From positions 1 to 64,000 of IMG/VR virus record IMGVR_UViG_3300017788_000014: 64,000 nucleotides of DNA; one strand, written 5' to 3'. The first letter of the stretch is position 1, and each line of letters begins with the position of its first letter. Made by a program: the position numbers and the translations under genes. The stretch comes from a virus. Of this stretch, positions 20,516-30,368 are shown piece after piece. The notes under the pieces were generated by a model. It saw nothing but the letters and a program-made list of their open reading frames with translations, was not told where the DNA came from and searched no databases.

Positions 20516-20849
20516 CCATAATATTTACGCCGTACAGCAGATTTTCGAAGCCATCAAGGAATTCGAAAAAACGCAACGAGAATTACGCGCATATGGCGCA
20601 AACGACACCGAACCCGACGGCGTTTTTCAGAATTTACTTTGGCGCGCTGTTTGTGGTGAGCAGCCCGAAATTCCGCGCAGCGAATTAGCGTGGGATTTGT
20701 ATACGAACAGCATGGATTGCGAACAGGCGGCAAATAAATTGTACGACGCCGCCAAAGTTGTAGTAGACTTAATCGAAGCGTGCCCGGTTCGGCACCTGAA
20801 AGCGCTGCAGTATCGTTTAAAGTATTACTGCTGGAGGCTGAACATGTGA
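20442..20849 (+). CDS. Hypothetical protein
   Basis: ORF fills the gap between neighbours; start uncertain. Confidence 0.55.
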   Translation: MISVSRLPTRVKKLSSEANTTQTLDHNIYAVQQIFEAIKEFEKTQRELRAYGANDTEPDGVFQNLLWRAVCGEQPEIPRSELAWDLYTNSMDCEQAANKLYDAAKVVVDLIEACPVRHLKALQYRLKYYCWRLNM

Positions 20850-21064
20850 ACCGGTTTTCTGGTCTATTAGGCGCAACCGTGCAACTGTTATTCGTCCAAG
20901 AAAAATTTTCTGCGGCGTTCGGTACCGTTCACGAAATTAGCCGACGACCGTGGGGGCAAGACGTCAGGACTTTTCTAAAAGTACAATTGCCCGACGGGCA
21001 ATTCTGCGACTGCGTTTGTCCGCCCGATTATGTCGTTGTAGTAGACGAGAATAAACAGACGTAA
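20846..21064 (+). CDS. Hypothetical protein
   Basis: GGAGG RBS, GTGA overlap. Confidence 0.5.
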   Translation: MNRFSGLLGATVQLLFVQEKFSAAFGTVHEISRRPWGQDVRTFLKVQLPDGQFCDCVCPPDYVVVVDENKQT

Positions 21065-21073
21065 AGCAGCGCG

Positions 21074-22996
21074 TCAGTACGAAAAATACTGCCCGCTCAT
21101 TTCGTCGTCACTCCAGTCTTCAATCGGCGTTTCAGCCGCTGCGAAGCGTTCTGAAACCCGACCCAAACCGGCTAGCGCAGCAAAATTCGGCCACGCGTCG
21201 TTTACGTGCCACAACGCGGCGGCGCCAATGTTCACCGCCTGCGCAAAATCGTCTGTCAGTAGCGTGTTGCGCGTAATTGTGTAAATGTCGCCGCCAAGCC
21301 GTGATTCTGTTTTGTTTTCAACCAAAGCGAGAAAATCCGACACCAGCCCCGGCGAATCCTGCGACGTCCAGTCGTATTGAAAAAATTGCATTTGCCGCAG
21401 TTTAATCGCCTGACAGGTGTAAAGCAGTGATCGCGTTTTGTCGAGGCTGTAGTGCGCACGATGATTCAGCGCTGTGGGTGGTTTGTACACCAACAAGTCC
21501 TGAGTGGCTGACCGTACGAGCCGCATGGCCAACACGCGCTCCAAATTAAATCCCGCCTGAACCATGACTGTTTCGCGAACCGTGCCGGCGCCGGTATAGT
21601 CGTGCGCAACAAAATCGCAATTGAACATTCGCGACCATTTCATGCACTCGACGGCCTCGGATAAATGATCGCCAGCCATCAACAATCGTTTCGCCCAAAG
21701 AACGTCAATAAGGCCGTCGCTGCGAAAACCCATAACTGCCAGCACAGTAAAACTGATGCCTTCTTCTCCGCCGCCGCCCCAGTCAATCGCCAGCACACGA
21801 TGCTTGTACTGGTCAAGATTTTCAAAACACTGCGGTTCGGGTTCTTTTTTGTTTTCCCACGGCAATGTACAGGCTGCCTTTAAATCCGTCTCGCTGATGA
21901 GTTTCTGCCCGGTGTCCATACTCTCGCCCATCACCTCGTTGTAAAACTGGGCTTGCGTCATGTTGCCAAAACCTTCGCGTTTTAACAACAGCGTCGACCA
22001 CTTTTCGGGATCGGCGAAATGAAGCGGCAGAATGATCTGCGGTACGTGATAGCCGGCAAACTGCCAGCGCCGATCGGGATAGCGATGCACCCAGCGACCA
22101 AAACGCGGATTGATCGGTTTTTGACACTGCGCACAAACAGTGCCCGGCTGTTTCTCGCTGATATGCGGACTAAACGGCCCAATCATTTTATCGAGATGGT
22201 ATTCCACTGATGGAATGTTTTCAAAATTACACGACGTGCAGCGCACAAACCACTCCGCCTGCGACGAACGTTTAAACAATCCGTGAATCACGTTTTCGTG
22301 GGATTTTGGCGTCCCGGTAAAATATTGCACCGCGAACCGCGAATAACTCATCGTCTCTTGAATAATCGGAATATGATCCGGGTCCATATCCTGCACTTCG
22401 TCAATGCAGACACGATCTGCCGACACGCCGCGGATACGGTCGGCGTCCAATAGCGCAAACGAGAATAACATCATGGAGTTATTCTTAAACGACCGCTGCA
22501 GCACAGAGTTTTCTGTCGTCGTGCCAGACCACAAAGACTTGACCGGCGACTGGTCAATAAAAGGTCGCACATAATTGTTGGAAAATCGGCGAATCTGCTC
22601 GTACAGAGGCGTAATAAACAGTGTTTTGAAAAACGGAATCGAGTTCGCTACAACCACGCCATGCGCCGCGAGTGACGTCGATTTTGAAACCTGCCGGCCG
22701 GTGCACCAGACTTGATTTTTCGGCATCAGGCAGCGAAACAGGGGCGAAAACGGGTAGTGATTTTGCAATGTGTACGGCTTGCCGTTCAGATTCAACACAA
22801 GTGGTAAAATGGGTTCCAGCGACGGAAACGCCATTTTCTCCGCCAACAATTTCAAAATCACAGCCCGTTCTTGCACCGCTCGAAAATCATTAACGTCGAC
22901 GGACGTTAGTTCGTTAAGCAAAGCATGCACTCCGGCTGTCGGAATGTCCTGCTTTGCCGATAGATGCGAGGTTTCTCGCAAAGTATGAGGTGCCAT
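21074..22996 (-). CDS. terL: Terminase large subunit (GpA-like)
   Basis: ATPase motifs 'GRQVSKST', 'RIRGVSADRVCIDEVQD' and 'GTPK'; Zn ribbon CTSC..CAQC; 'FYNEVMGE'; nuclease motif 'LAIDWG'. Confidence 0.85.
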   Translation of the reverse strand: MAPHTLRETSHLSAKQDIPTAGVHALLNELTSVDVNDFRAVQERAVILKLLAEKMAFPSLEPILPLVLNLNGKPYTLQNHYPFSPLFRCLMPKNQVWCTGRQVSKSTSLAAHGVVVANSIPFFKTLFITPLYEQIRRFSNNYVRPFIDQSPVKSLWSGTTTENSVLQRSFKNNSMMLFSFALLDADRIRGVSADRVCIDEVQDMDPDHIPIIQETMSYSRFAVQYFTGTPKSHENVIHGLFKRSSQAEWFVRCTSCNFENIPSVEYHLDKMIGPFSPHISEKQPGTVCAQCQKPINPRFGRWVHRYPDRRWQFAGYHVPQIILPLHFADPEKWSTLLLKREGFGNMTQAQFYNEVMGESMDTGQKLISETDLKAACTLPWENKKEPEPQCFENLDQYKHRVLAIDWGGGGEEGISFTVLAVMGFRSDGLIDVLWAKRLLMAGDHLSEAVECMKWSRMFNCDFVAHDYTGAGTVRETVMVQAGFNLERVLAMRLVRSATQDLLVYKPPTALNHRAHYSLDKTRSLLYTCQAIKLRQMQFFQYDWTSQDSPGLVSDFLALVENKTESRLGGDIYTITRNTLLTDDFAQAVNIGAAALWHVNDAWPNFAALAGLGRVSERFAAAETPIEDWSDDEMSGQYFSY

Positions 22997-23287
22997 ATGT
23001 GCAACAATATCATTATTGTTCAATGCGGCTGTGGAAGTCACAAACCACGGCGGAGTCGAAAGCCGCGTAAACGGCAAAAACCGCAGTTGCACAGCAAACG
23101 AGAACCGGAATTACAGTGGGCAGAAGACGCCATGAATGACACGCTGAAAATAGCGGAAAAATCAATGGCCAATCTGTGCATGACGGTAAAAGCCTTGTTT
23201 GTTCAGCGTCGGCTCGAATCTGTAACGCAGTGAACTGGCGGCGTATACTACGCAGTATTCGCCTCAACCATTACAGGAGTAAACAGC

Positions 23288-23521
23288 ATGCCTCATAATA
23301 TCGGAAAAAGCGCAAAATTGTACCAAGAGCGGCGGCAGCCTGAATTTCAAGATACCCTACGCGGCCCGGGACCACAACTTTATTTGCACGATAATGCCGT
23401 CAATTACCTGCCGCTAGAACCGCCCTACAAACCGGCAACCGTACATCCGGACGTCGCGCGCAACAACGTCGACACCGGGAAAACTGAAACGTGGCCATTT
23501 GGCGACAAATACCCCTACTAA
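23288..23521 (+). CDS. Hypothetical protein
   Basis: AGGAG RBS; TATACT at 23244. Confidence 0.6.
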   Translation: MPHNIGKSAKLYQERRQPEFQDTLRGPGPQLYLHDNAVNYLPLEPPYKPATVHPDVARNNVDTGKTETWPFGDKYPY

Positions 23522-23524
23522 TCC

Positions 23525-23764
23525 ATGTTTGATATTTATGCGCACATCAACGTCATCTGTCTGAGAATCATAGCGGTTATCGTCGTGCTTTTTTTCTTAA
23601 TGCCGTCGTGGTACTTTTTTTTCCTCGGCGCAATATCGATTTATTTTTTGTTGGTCGCAACAAATGCCTTTCGCCGCACCGAGATCGAGCAGGAGGAAGC
23701 CGCGCGGCAACAACGTTTACAGTACGAAAACCAGAGATTTAAACGCAGGAGGCATACGCCATGA
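23525..23764 (+). CDS. Small membrane protein
   Basis: Long hydrophobic segment with a basic tail. Confidence 0.55.
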   Translation: MFDIYAHINVICLRIIAVIVVLFFLMPSWYFFFLGAISIYFLLVATNAFRRTEIEQEEAARQQRLQYENQRFKRRRHTP

Positions 23765-24132
23765 TGGCACCAATTTACTGGCTCGATTTTTTTGCGGTGA
23801 TTTTTGCTTCGGGCGCGCTGATTGAAGTCTGGAACAAAGGCAGCATATTCGCGAACCTGCGCGCGCGCGTCGGCGCGCTGCGCGACGTCACGCCGCCAGA
23901 AACAGCCAAGGGCCTTGTGCTCGAACTGCTCGACTGCCCTTTTTGCCAGAGTTATCACGTTCCCGTGTATTTTTTGCTGGTCCTCTTGGCAGCGGACCAA
24001 ATCGGCGGTATTCTGCCTGCTCTTGTTCGCGTGTTCGTCTACGGCTGGGCGGCAACACGACTGGGAAACTTGTTGAACGATTTTTTACCCAATCGAATGC
24101 GATACAAGCCTGACTTCTTTCACGGGGAATAA
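23761..24132 (+). CDS. DUF1360-like membrane protein
   Basis: Hydrophobic segments around 'LLDCPFCQSYH'; AGGAGG RBS. Confidence 0.6.
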   Translation: MMAPIYWLDFFAVIFASGALIEVWNKGSIFANLRARVGALRDVTPPETAKGLVLELLDCPFCQSYHVPVYFLLVLLAADQIGGILPALVRVFVYGWAATRLGNLLNDFLPNRMRYKPDFFHGE

Positions 24133-24135
24133 CAC

Positions 24136-24564
24136 ATGGACGGACAAAATGCGGTCGAAGAAATCGCCCCACCGGTCAATGTAGCCGCGGCGAACGAGGG
24201 GCGGCAGCCGTATAACGTCGAATTTATGCAAAACACGGACGAATTTTGCGAGGCTATTTTACGCAAAGTTCCGGAACTGGAGGCCGTTGCGGTTGTGCCT
24301 GTCTGGGCAAATCAGCCGGAAAATGTGCCGCCCGGACTTTTACGGCTAAGCAACCCCACCATGCCGTACGCCGGCACCCTTATTCAATTGTTGAACAGAA
24401 TGGCTGTGTTTAATATGGCCGTGCACAGCGATCTGGTTAAACAAATCAAGATACTCAACGGATATGTTGTCGAACTTTCCGACAATATCCGAGAAAAACT
24501 AGAGGAATTGAATGCGCTAAATGAAAACACCAACAACGATGACCACACCAACGCAGCAGAATAA
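24136..24564 (+). CDS. Hypothetical protein
   Basis: ORF within an operon; C-terminal coiled coil. Confidence 0.6.
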   Translation: MDGQNAVEEIAPPVNVAAANEGRQPYNVEFMQNTDEFCEAILRKVPELEAVAVVPVWANQPENVPPGLLRLSNPTMPYAGTLIQLLNRMAVFNMAVHSDLVKQIKILNGYVVELSDNIREKLEELNALNENTNNDDHTNAAE

Positions 24565-24847
24565 CATTCGAGACGTCTCGCTAAGCACAGACGTTGCGAC
24601 GCTCGTCAAAACGCTAGAAGCGCAGTACGCGCACATGTCGCAGGACGAGGCGCGTCAAATTCTCGAAAAAGCGCACGACACCGTGTGGGATAGCGAAGAA
24701 CTTTTGTCGGTGTTCGAAGTTTCGCACTTCGAGCCGCCGTTGGTTCACGTTATTCGCAAAACAGACGGACAACGAGGAACTGTTGCGTTTATTGATTCCC
24801 CGCGTTTTTACTTCTCTTTCCAAGAAACAGCGCGTTCATGTACATAA
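24539..24847 (+). CDS. Hypothetical protein
   Basis: 'VIRKTDGQRGTVAFIDSPRFYFSF' resembles a recurrent phage family. Confidence 0.6.
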   Translation: MTTPTQQNNIRDVSLSTDVATLVKTLEAQYAHMSQDEARQILEKAHDTVWDSEELLSVFEVSHFEPPLVHVIRKTDGQRGTVAFIDSPRFYFSFQETARSCT

Positions 24848-25212
24848 GTGACGAAGCGCCAAAAAAAGAATACACCACCGGCGCCGTCCGCAGTTCCGAC
24901 TGTGAAGACGCCCGTTACGACATGATTAGCCCGATTGGTCTGCGGGCGCTCGCACGAACGTACGCAGAAGGCGCAAAAAAGTTTGGCGCATTCAATTGGG
25001 AAAACGGCATGCCAGCGGCCGACATGCTCAATCACGCGCTAACGCATATCTATAACTTTCTGTCGGGAGATCGTGCAGAAGATCATCTCGGACATGCGGC
25101 GTGGAACGTGCTCGGAGCCATTCATTCGTTAGAAAAGTGGCCGCATTTGAACGAGCAAATGCTGCGCGGGCCGAATTGTGAGCCCCCGCCAGTTGCGCGC
25201 AAAGACGGCTAA
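24838..25212 (+). CDS. dATP/dGTP diphosphohydrolase-domain protein (DUF5664)
   Basis: Motifs TGAVR, RYDMISP, GAKKFGAFNWENG and EDHLGHAAWN. Confidence 0.8.
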   Translation: MYISDEAPKKEYTTGAVRSSDCEDARYDMISPIGLRALARTYAEGAKKFGAFNWENGMPAADMLNHALTHIYNFLSGDRAEDHLGHAAWNVLGAIHSLEKWPHLNEQMLRGPNCEPPPVARKDG

Positions 25213-25344
25213 AACAGCCGAATTCTGCAAAATTACGCCGCGCGAAAAAAAAATTTGCGCAGGCCCTTGATTTTCTTTTTGCCCAGTATATGGTGCACAT
25301 AACAGGCCGCAAACAATTGCGGCACATCCACAGCGGAGATTTTA

Positions 25345-26379
25345 ATGAGTGCTGACAGAAGTAGCGGCAGAGGTGTTGATCCTGCAAATTTGTGGGGAAA
25401 ACCTATTCCGCATGCAAGAACGAGTGCGAAGCCAGCCGTGCGCGAGCCGGCGCAGTACGAGTACGAGGAAACAGTCATGGATGACGAAGATCAAGTCGAC
25501 GTCGATGCAGAACTGGAAGACGCAGCGGAGCCTGACGAGTCTGAACTGCAAGAAGTCGAAGGTGAGTACGTATCTGTGGACAACCTTTACTACGACGGTG
25601 ATACAGTAAAGAAATCACGCGAAGCGCCGGAAACTGACGAAACCGAAGAACATTTGGTCGCGGAAGCAACCGACGACGAGCCTGATTACGACGCAGAAGA
25701 CGGCGACGACGAAGAAAACGAATCGGAAGAAACTGACGACGATGTCGAAGATTCTTACGATGGTGATGATGACGATGCGGTAGATACTCAACCTGCTACG
25801 CCGAAAACGCAGCAGAAAACTTCACTTTTGAGAGGTAATGCAATGCCAGAAGGCAAAAAGGTTACGTTGTCGGATCACGTTCGGCGCGAAATCAACAAGC
25901 GCAAGGAATCCGGCGCGTCAGTCCGTGGTTGTGATATCGTTGCGGCGCTGGACAAGCGCGGTATTACGGTCAGTCAGGCGCAGGTCAGCCAGTTGCTCAA
26001 AAAGGCCGGCCTGACTGTCGGTCGTCCGGGTCGTCCGAGTGCCGCGCCGAGCGCCGGTCCGGGTCGTCCGGGTCGTCCGGGTCGTCCGAGTCGACAGCCG
26101 GAACCGGAGGCAATGGCGGAAAGCGACGGCCCGACTCGCGCGGCCTCCGCAACGCGGAAGCCAAACGCGGGTGGCCTCGCGCAGGCGAAGCCACAACAGC
26201 GCGCGTCTTTGACGACAAAGGCGACGCCGAAGGTGGCCGGAAGCGTGCGCGGTTTCCAGATTCCGATGGCCCAGTTGAAGGCCGCGGAGGCGTTCGTTAC
26301 CGCCTGTGACGGATCGTTCGAAAAAGCGACGCAGATTTTGACCGTCGCGGAGCAACTGTCGCAGACGTTCGCTGGCTGA
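25345..26379 (+). CDS. Protein with an acidic N-half and a basic GRP-repeat C-half (putative nucleoid-type DNA-binding protein)
   Basis: D/E tract, then 'LDKRGITVSQAQVSQLLKK' and GRPGRP repeats (GGTCGTCCG x5). In-frame RBS and ATG at 25843. Confidence 0.65.
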   Translation: MSADRSSGRGVDPANLWGKPIPHARTSAKPAVREPAQYEYEETVMDDEDQVDVDAELEDAAEPDESELQEVEGEYVSVDNLYYDGDTVKKSREAPETDETEEHLVAEATDDEPDYDAEDGDDEENESEETDDDVEDSYDGDDDDAVDTQPATPKTQQKTSLLRGNAMPEGKKVTLSDHVRREINKRKESGASVRGCDIVAALDKRGITVSQAQVSQLLKKAGLTVGRPGRPSAAPSAGPGRPGRPGRPSRQPEPEAMAESDGPTRAASATRKPNAGGLAQAKPQQRASLTTKATPKVAGSVRGFQIPMAQLKAAEAFVTACDGSFEKATQILTVAEQLSQTFAG

Positions 26380-26408
26380 TTGACGTCGTAGAACTGCGCA
26401 ACGATACT
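26380..26408 (+). promoter_or_regulatory. Sigma70-like promoter followed by a long inverted repeat
   Basis: TTGACG-N17-GATACT; hairpin at 26408-26455. Confidence 0.55.
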
Positions 26409-26481
26409 GAGCCGTCCGCGTCGTGGGCTACACAGCCACGACGTGCGACGGCTCAATCGTTTAAACGAGAAAGGATGTGCC

Positions 26482-26721
26482 GTGACGTTTACTGCCGGTA
26501 CCATCAAACGCATTCACATAAATCAGCATCAAATTCGCAAAAACAACAACACGGGTTGTCGCGCGAATGTTATTACGGTGCAGTGGAAAAACAAATCGTA
26601 TCCCGTCAAAACAATCGCCATCAGGGGCGAATCTGCCGTGGTGTATTCTCCTGACAAACCATTAAAATGCGGTGCCCGCGTCTGGTTGGAAACAACTGCG
26701 GAAGTGCTCGCCACGTTGTGA
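26482..26721 (+). CDS. Conserved small phage protein
   Basis: 'IHINQHQIRKN...VVYSPDKPLKCGARVWLET'; AAGGA RBS. Confidence 0.7.
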   Translation: MTFTAGTIKRIHINQHQIRKNNNTGCRANVITVQWKNKSYPVKTIAIRGESAVVYSPDKPLKCGARVWLETTAEVLATL

Positions 26722-27017
26722 TGAAATACGCCGACGACGACTATTTAAAAAACAAAGAACGCATACTGACCGCACTCGATGAAATCAATCGCGTGCAGGC
26801 GCGGTATCACGACGTCGTCGCTATTTTAGACGTAGTCACGCTACACGATATCGCCGACTATCGCGTCGAAACAGACATCGGCATTAAAACTGTCGGCGCC
26901 GTGTGTGCGCAACAGGACATCAAGCATATTTTACAAGTCTTTGCCGACACCACATGCCTGACAAAAGAAAAGTTTGAGAGCATTGTCGTGTCGCATTTAC
27001 CAGAGGAAAACACTTAA
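26721..27017 (+). CDS. Hypothetical protein
   Basis: Coupled ORF. Confidence 0.6.
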   Translation: MKYADDDYLKNKERILTALDEINRVQARYHDVVAILDVVTLHDIADYRVETDIGIKTVGAVCAQQDIKHILQVFADTTCLTKEKFESIVVSHLPEENT

Positions 27018-27383
27018 ATGTCTCACATCGTTCAGATTAAAACAGAAGTCCGCGACATGCAGGCTATTTTTGCTGCGTGTCAGCGTCTCGGCCTCGAACA
27101 GCCGGTTTCCGGTCATCACAAGTTATTCGCCGGGCAGACCGCTGACGGTTGGGCGGTCAAGTTGCCGGGATGGCAGTTTCCCGCCGTATTTAATGTCGAA
27201 ACCGGTGCAGCCGCGTACGACAACTACAACGGCAGTTGGGGTCGGCAAGAAGAGTTGGACAAGTTTCTGCAGGCGTACGCCGTCGAAAAGGCGCGTTATG
27301 AAGCCCAGAAGGGCGGCTATTCTGTGTGGGAAGAGACGATGCCGGACGGTTCGATCAAACTCAACATCACGGTGGAGGGCTGA
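27018..27383 (+). CDS. DUF1257-family protein
   Basis: MSHIVQIKTEVRD...YDNYNGSWG...QAYAVEKA...DGSIKL. Confidence 0.8.
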   Translation: MSHIVQIKTEVRDMQAIFAACQRLGLEQPVSGHHKLFAGQTADGWAVKLPGWQFPAVFNVETGAAAYDNYNGSWGRQEELDKFLQAYAVEKARYEAQKGGYSVWEETMPDGSIKLNITVEG

Positions 27384-27388
27384 TATAC

Positions 27389-27580
27389 ATGTCAAAGACC
27401 ATTCAGATTACAGTTTCCCCGAAGGGCGAAACCAAGATTGAAACGTCCGGATTTTCCGGCAGTTCGTGTCAGGACGCGACCCGCGAACTGGAAAAGGCGC
27501 TGGGCGTCGTTGCCGACGAGCAATTGACCGGCGAGTTTTATGCGGAAACTCAGGAACAACACAACGAGGTTCAGAACTGA
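27389..27580 (+). CDS. DUF2997-family protein
   Basis: 'ITVSPKGETKIETSGFSGSSCQDATRELEKALG'. Confidence 0.8.
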   Translation: MSKTIQITVSPKGETKIETSGFSGSSCQDATRELEKALGVVADEQLTGEFYAETQEQHNEVQN

Positions 27581-27582
27581 CC

Positions 27583-29088
27583 ATGGATTTATTTACCCGA
27601 ATTCACGAACTGGTGCGTGCCGGTTTTTCTGGCATTTGGCTCGAAACCGTCGAATGTGACGACGCCATTCGCGAAATTCAACGCGGCGCTTCTACGCAGA
27701 CGCCGGCGTGGGGTTTCGACGTCTGGGATATCGACAAGCAACTGTATTCGCGCGTGACGCAGGCGCCCGGCCCGCTGCAGGCCATTCGCGCGCTGGATTT
27801 GCCGAAAGCCCACGAAACGCAGTTACTGGTGCTGAAAAACTTTCATCGGTTTCTCGGCAATCCCGAAGTTCTGCAGTCGTTGGCCAATCACGTGGCTGAG
27901 GGCAAGAGCAACGGACAGTTTATTATTATTGTTGCGCCGACCGTGGCGTTGCAGCCCGAAATCGAAAAACTGTTCACCGTCGTGCACCACGACCTGCCGA
28001 ACGAAACGCAACTGCGGACGATGTGCGTTGAGTTGTGCGAGAGTAACAGCGACTTCACGCCACCCACCGAAGAACAGTTGACCAACGCGGTTGACGCCGG
28101 CCGGGGACTTACGCGACAGGAAGCCGAGAACGCTTTTGCACTGTCGCTGGCGCGGAGCGGCACGCTTGTGCCAGATACGATCTGGGATATCAAGGCTCAG
28201 ACGCTCGAAAAGAGCGGAAACATGGCGCTGTATCGCGGCGATGCGAGTTTTGAAAATCTGGGCGGTTTGGACAATCTCAAGCAATTCTGTTTGCGTGCGA
28301 TGCGCAAGCAGGGCGAAAAGCACATCGACAAGCGGCCCAAGGGCGTGCTGCTGCTCTCCCCTCCCGGCTGCGGCAAGTCCCAATTTGCAAAGGCACTGGG
28401 TAACGAAGTTGGGCGTCCGACCGTGATGCTTGACTTCGGCAGTCTGTTGGGTAAGTTCGTCGGTGAGTCCGAGGGCAATATGCGCCGTGCACTCAAGCAG
28501 GTCGACGCAATGGCTCCGTGCGTGCTGTTCGTCGACGAGATCGAAAAGGCACTCGCCGGCGTGGGTAACTCCGGCCAGACCGACAGCGGTGTCTCTGCGC
28601 GCCTGTTCGGCACGCTCCTGACGTGGCTCAATGACCACGAAAGTGACGTATTTTTCATCGGTACCTGCAACGACGCCACGCAGTTGCCAGCGCCGTTCAC
28701 CCGTGCCGAGCGTTTCGACGGCATCTTTTTCGTCGATCTGCCCGGTGACGAACAGCGGCGGCACATCTGGGACATCTACATGCGGCATTTCGGCCTGAGC
28801 GCCGATCAGCCCAAACCAGACGACACCAACTGGACCGGTGCCGAGATCAAGTCGTGCTGCCGACTGGCGGCGCTGCTGGAAACGTCGCTGCTGGAGGCGG
28901 CGTTAAACGTCGTACCGGTGTCGGTAACATCGGCCGAGCAGATCGAGAACCTGCGCCAGTGGGCCGAAGGCCGTTGTCTGTCGGCCGATAGCGCCGGTAT
29001 CTACACCCGCGTCGGGCGGGGGGCTGTGCCGGTGAATGTCGGGGCGCGTCGAGGAAATCGAAAAGTTGCTGCGGGGGCGCCTAATTGA
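27583..29088 (+). CDS. AAA+ ATPase (Ycf46-like)
   Basis: Walker A PPGCGKS, Walker B VLFVDEIEK, SRH 'RAERFD'. Confidence 0.9.
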   Translation: MDLFTRIHELVRAGFSGIWLETVECDDAIREIQRGASTQTPAWGFDVWDIDKQLYSRVTQAPGPLQAIRALDLPKAHETQLLVLKNFHRFLGNPEVLQSLANHVAEGKSNGQFIIIVAPTVALQPEIEKLFTVVHHDLPNETQLRTMCVELCESNSDFTPPTEEQLTNAVDAGRGLTRQEAENAFALSLARSGTLVPDTIWDIKAQTLEKSGNMALYRGDASFENLGGLDNLKQFCLRAMRKQGEKHIDKRPKGVLLLSPPGCGKSQFAKALGNEVGRPTVMLDFGSLLGKFVGESEGNMRRALKQVDAMAPCVLFVDEIEKALAGVGNSGQTDSGVSARLFGTLLTWLNDHESDVFFIGTCNDATQLPAPFTRAERFDGIFFVDLPGDEQRRHIWDIYMRHFGLSADQPKPDDTNWTGAEIKSCCRLAALLETSLLEAALNVVPVSVTSAEQIENLRQWAEGRCLSADSAGIYTRVGRGAVPVNVGARRGNRKVAAGAPN

Positions 29089-29363
29089 GCAACAAAATCC
29101 AACAGGCGCTCGAAGACGGTTTCGCGGTGCTCATGTACACGAATGAACTCGGAACCACCACTGTCGCGCTAATCGACGGCGAAGATTGGGGTGCGGTTCA
29201 GACTGAAATCAACGAGTTGCCTGACGATCAAATCGTTGACGTAGTAAAACCGTGTGATGACGAAAGTCTCGGGGAAGGCGTAGCGCGGGCCCGGCGTAAA
29301 TTGAACCGGGAAGGCGAGTACGCAAACTGGGACGAACGTATGCGAGAACTGGGACTAGACTGA
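29085..29363 (+). CDS. Hypothetical protein
   Basis: TTGA-coupled ORF. Confidence 0.55.
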   Translation: MSNKIQQALEDGFAVLMYTNELGTTTVALIDGEDWGAVQTEINELPDDQIVDVVKPCDDESLGEGVARARRKLNREGEYANWDERMRELGLD

Positions 29364-29421
29364 GAAAAAAACAATTTCAACTGTGCAGTTGAATACTAAC
29401 AAACCCTACTAGGAGTCAAAA

Positions 29422-30366
29422 ATGAGCGCTGAAACTACAGATGCGCCAGAAACGCCCGCCGTTGTTCAAGAAACTGCGAATGACCTGCGGCAAACCATGG
29501 GCGCCGTAAAACTGTCGTTTTCATGGTTGGGCACGCAGCGCAAACTGAGCGATGCGCAGACGGCGGTTGCTGCCAGCACGTTTGAAGCCTCGACAGATTT
29601 GCTGACAGCGTCCAAACGGCTGATCGACACCAAGACGCCGGCATATCGCGAATTGACGGCAATTAAGAGTCAGGCGTCGGCGTACTGGCGCTCCATGACG
29701 TTGCCGTATCCGCAGGAAGGCGTGCGGCTTATTCGACAGTCCGACGTCGCGGCGTTCGAGGATAAGATGCGCGAATTCAAAGAGCGCCTGACGGCTGCAG
29801 CGGCGAATTTGCAATTGGAATACGAAACGCTCAAAAACTCTGCGCGTGAAAAACTTGGCTCACTCTACAATCCGGACGATTATCCCGCGTCGCTTGAAGG
29901 CGTGTTCAGTATTTCGTGGGAATATCCGGCTGTTGAGCCGCCAAATTATCTGATGTCGTTCAATCCCGAACTGTACGCACAGGAACAGTCGCGCGTTCAG
30001 CGACGATTTGAAGCGGCGGTTGTTATGGCCGAAGATGCTTTTGCTGCCAAACTCGAAGACCTCATCAGCCACTTGTTGGAACGGCTGACGGACGAACCGG
30101 ACGGCACGAAAAAGACGTTCAAGGCGTCCGCCATCGAAAATTTCCGCGAGTTTTACGACGAATTTCAACGGATGAATATTCGTTCTAACGCGCAACTGGA
30201 ACGGCTCGTCGAACGTGCGACGAACATTGTCGGCGGTGTTGATGCCGCCGAGTTACGCAAGAACAACGACGTACGTTCGACAATCGCGAATCAGATGAAC
30301 GAAGTTAAAACGGCGCTTAACAGTCTGGTGACCAACGCCCCGCGCCGGCGAATTCTCATGCACTGA
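29422..30366 (+). CDS. DUF3150-like helical protein
   Basis: AGGAG RBS; 'SKRLID', 'TLPYPQEGVRLI' and 'LYNPDDYP'; typical neighbour of the AAA cassette. Confidence 0.65.
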   Translation: MSAETTDAPETPAVVQETANDLRQTMGAVKLSFSWLGTQRKLSDAQTAVAASTFEASTDLLTASKRLIDTKTPAYRELTAIKSQASAYWRSMTLPYPQEGVRLIRQSDVAAFEDKMREFKERLTAAAANLQLEYETLKNSAREKLGSLYNPDDYPASLEGVFSISWEYPAVEPPNYLMSFNPELYAQEQSRVQRRFEAAVVMAEDAFAAKLEDLISHLLERLTDEPDGTKKTFKASAIENFREFYDEFQRMNIRSNAQLERLVERATNIVGGVDAAELRKNNDVRSTIANQMNEVKTALNSLVTNAPRRRILMH

Positions 30367-30368
30367 CG

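Noticed and set aside
27823-28788. Long antisense ORFs opposite the AAA ATPase, RAMP-like gene, polymerase and putative SSB
   Set aside because: They carry no motifs and are explained by codon bias of the sense genes.
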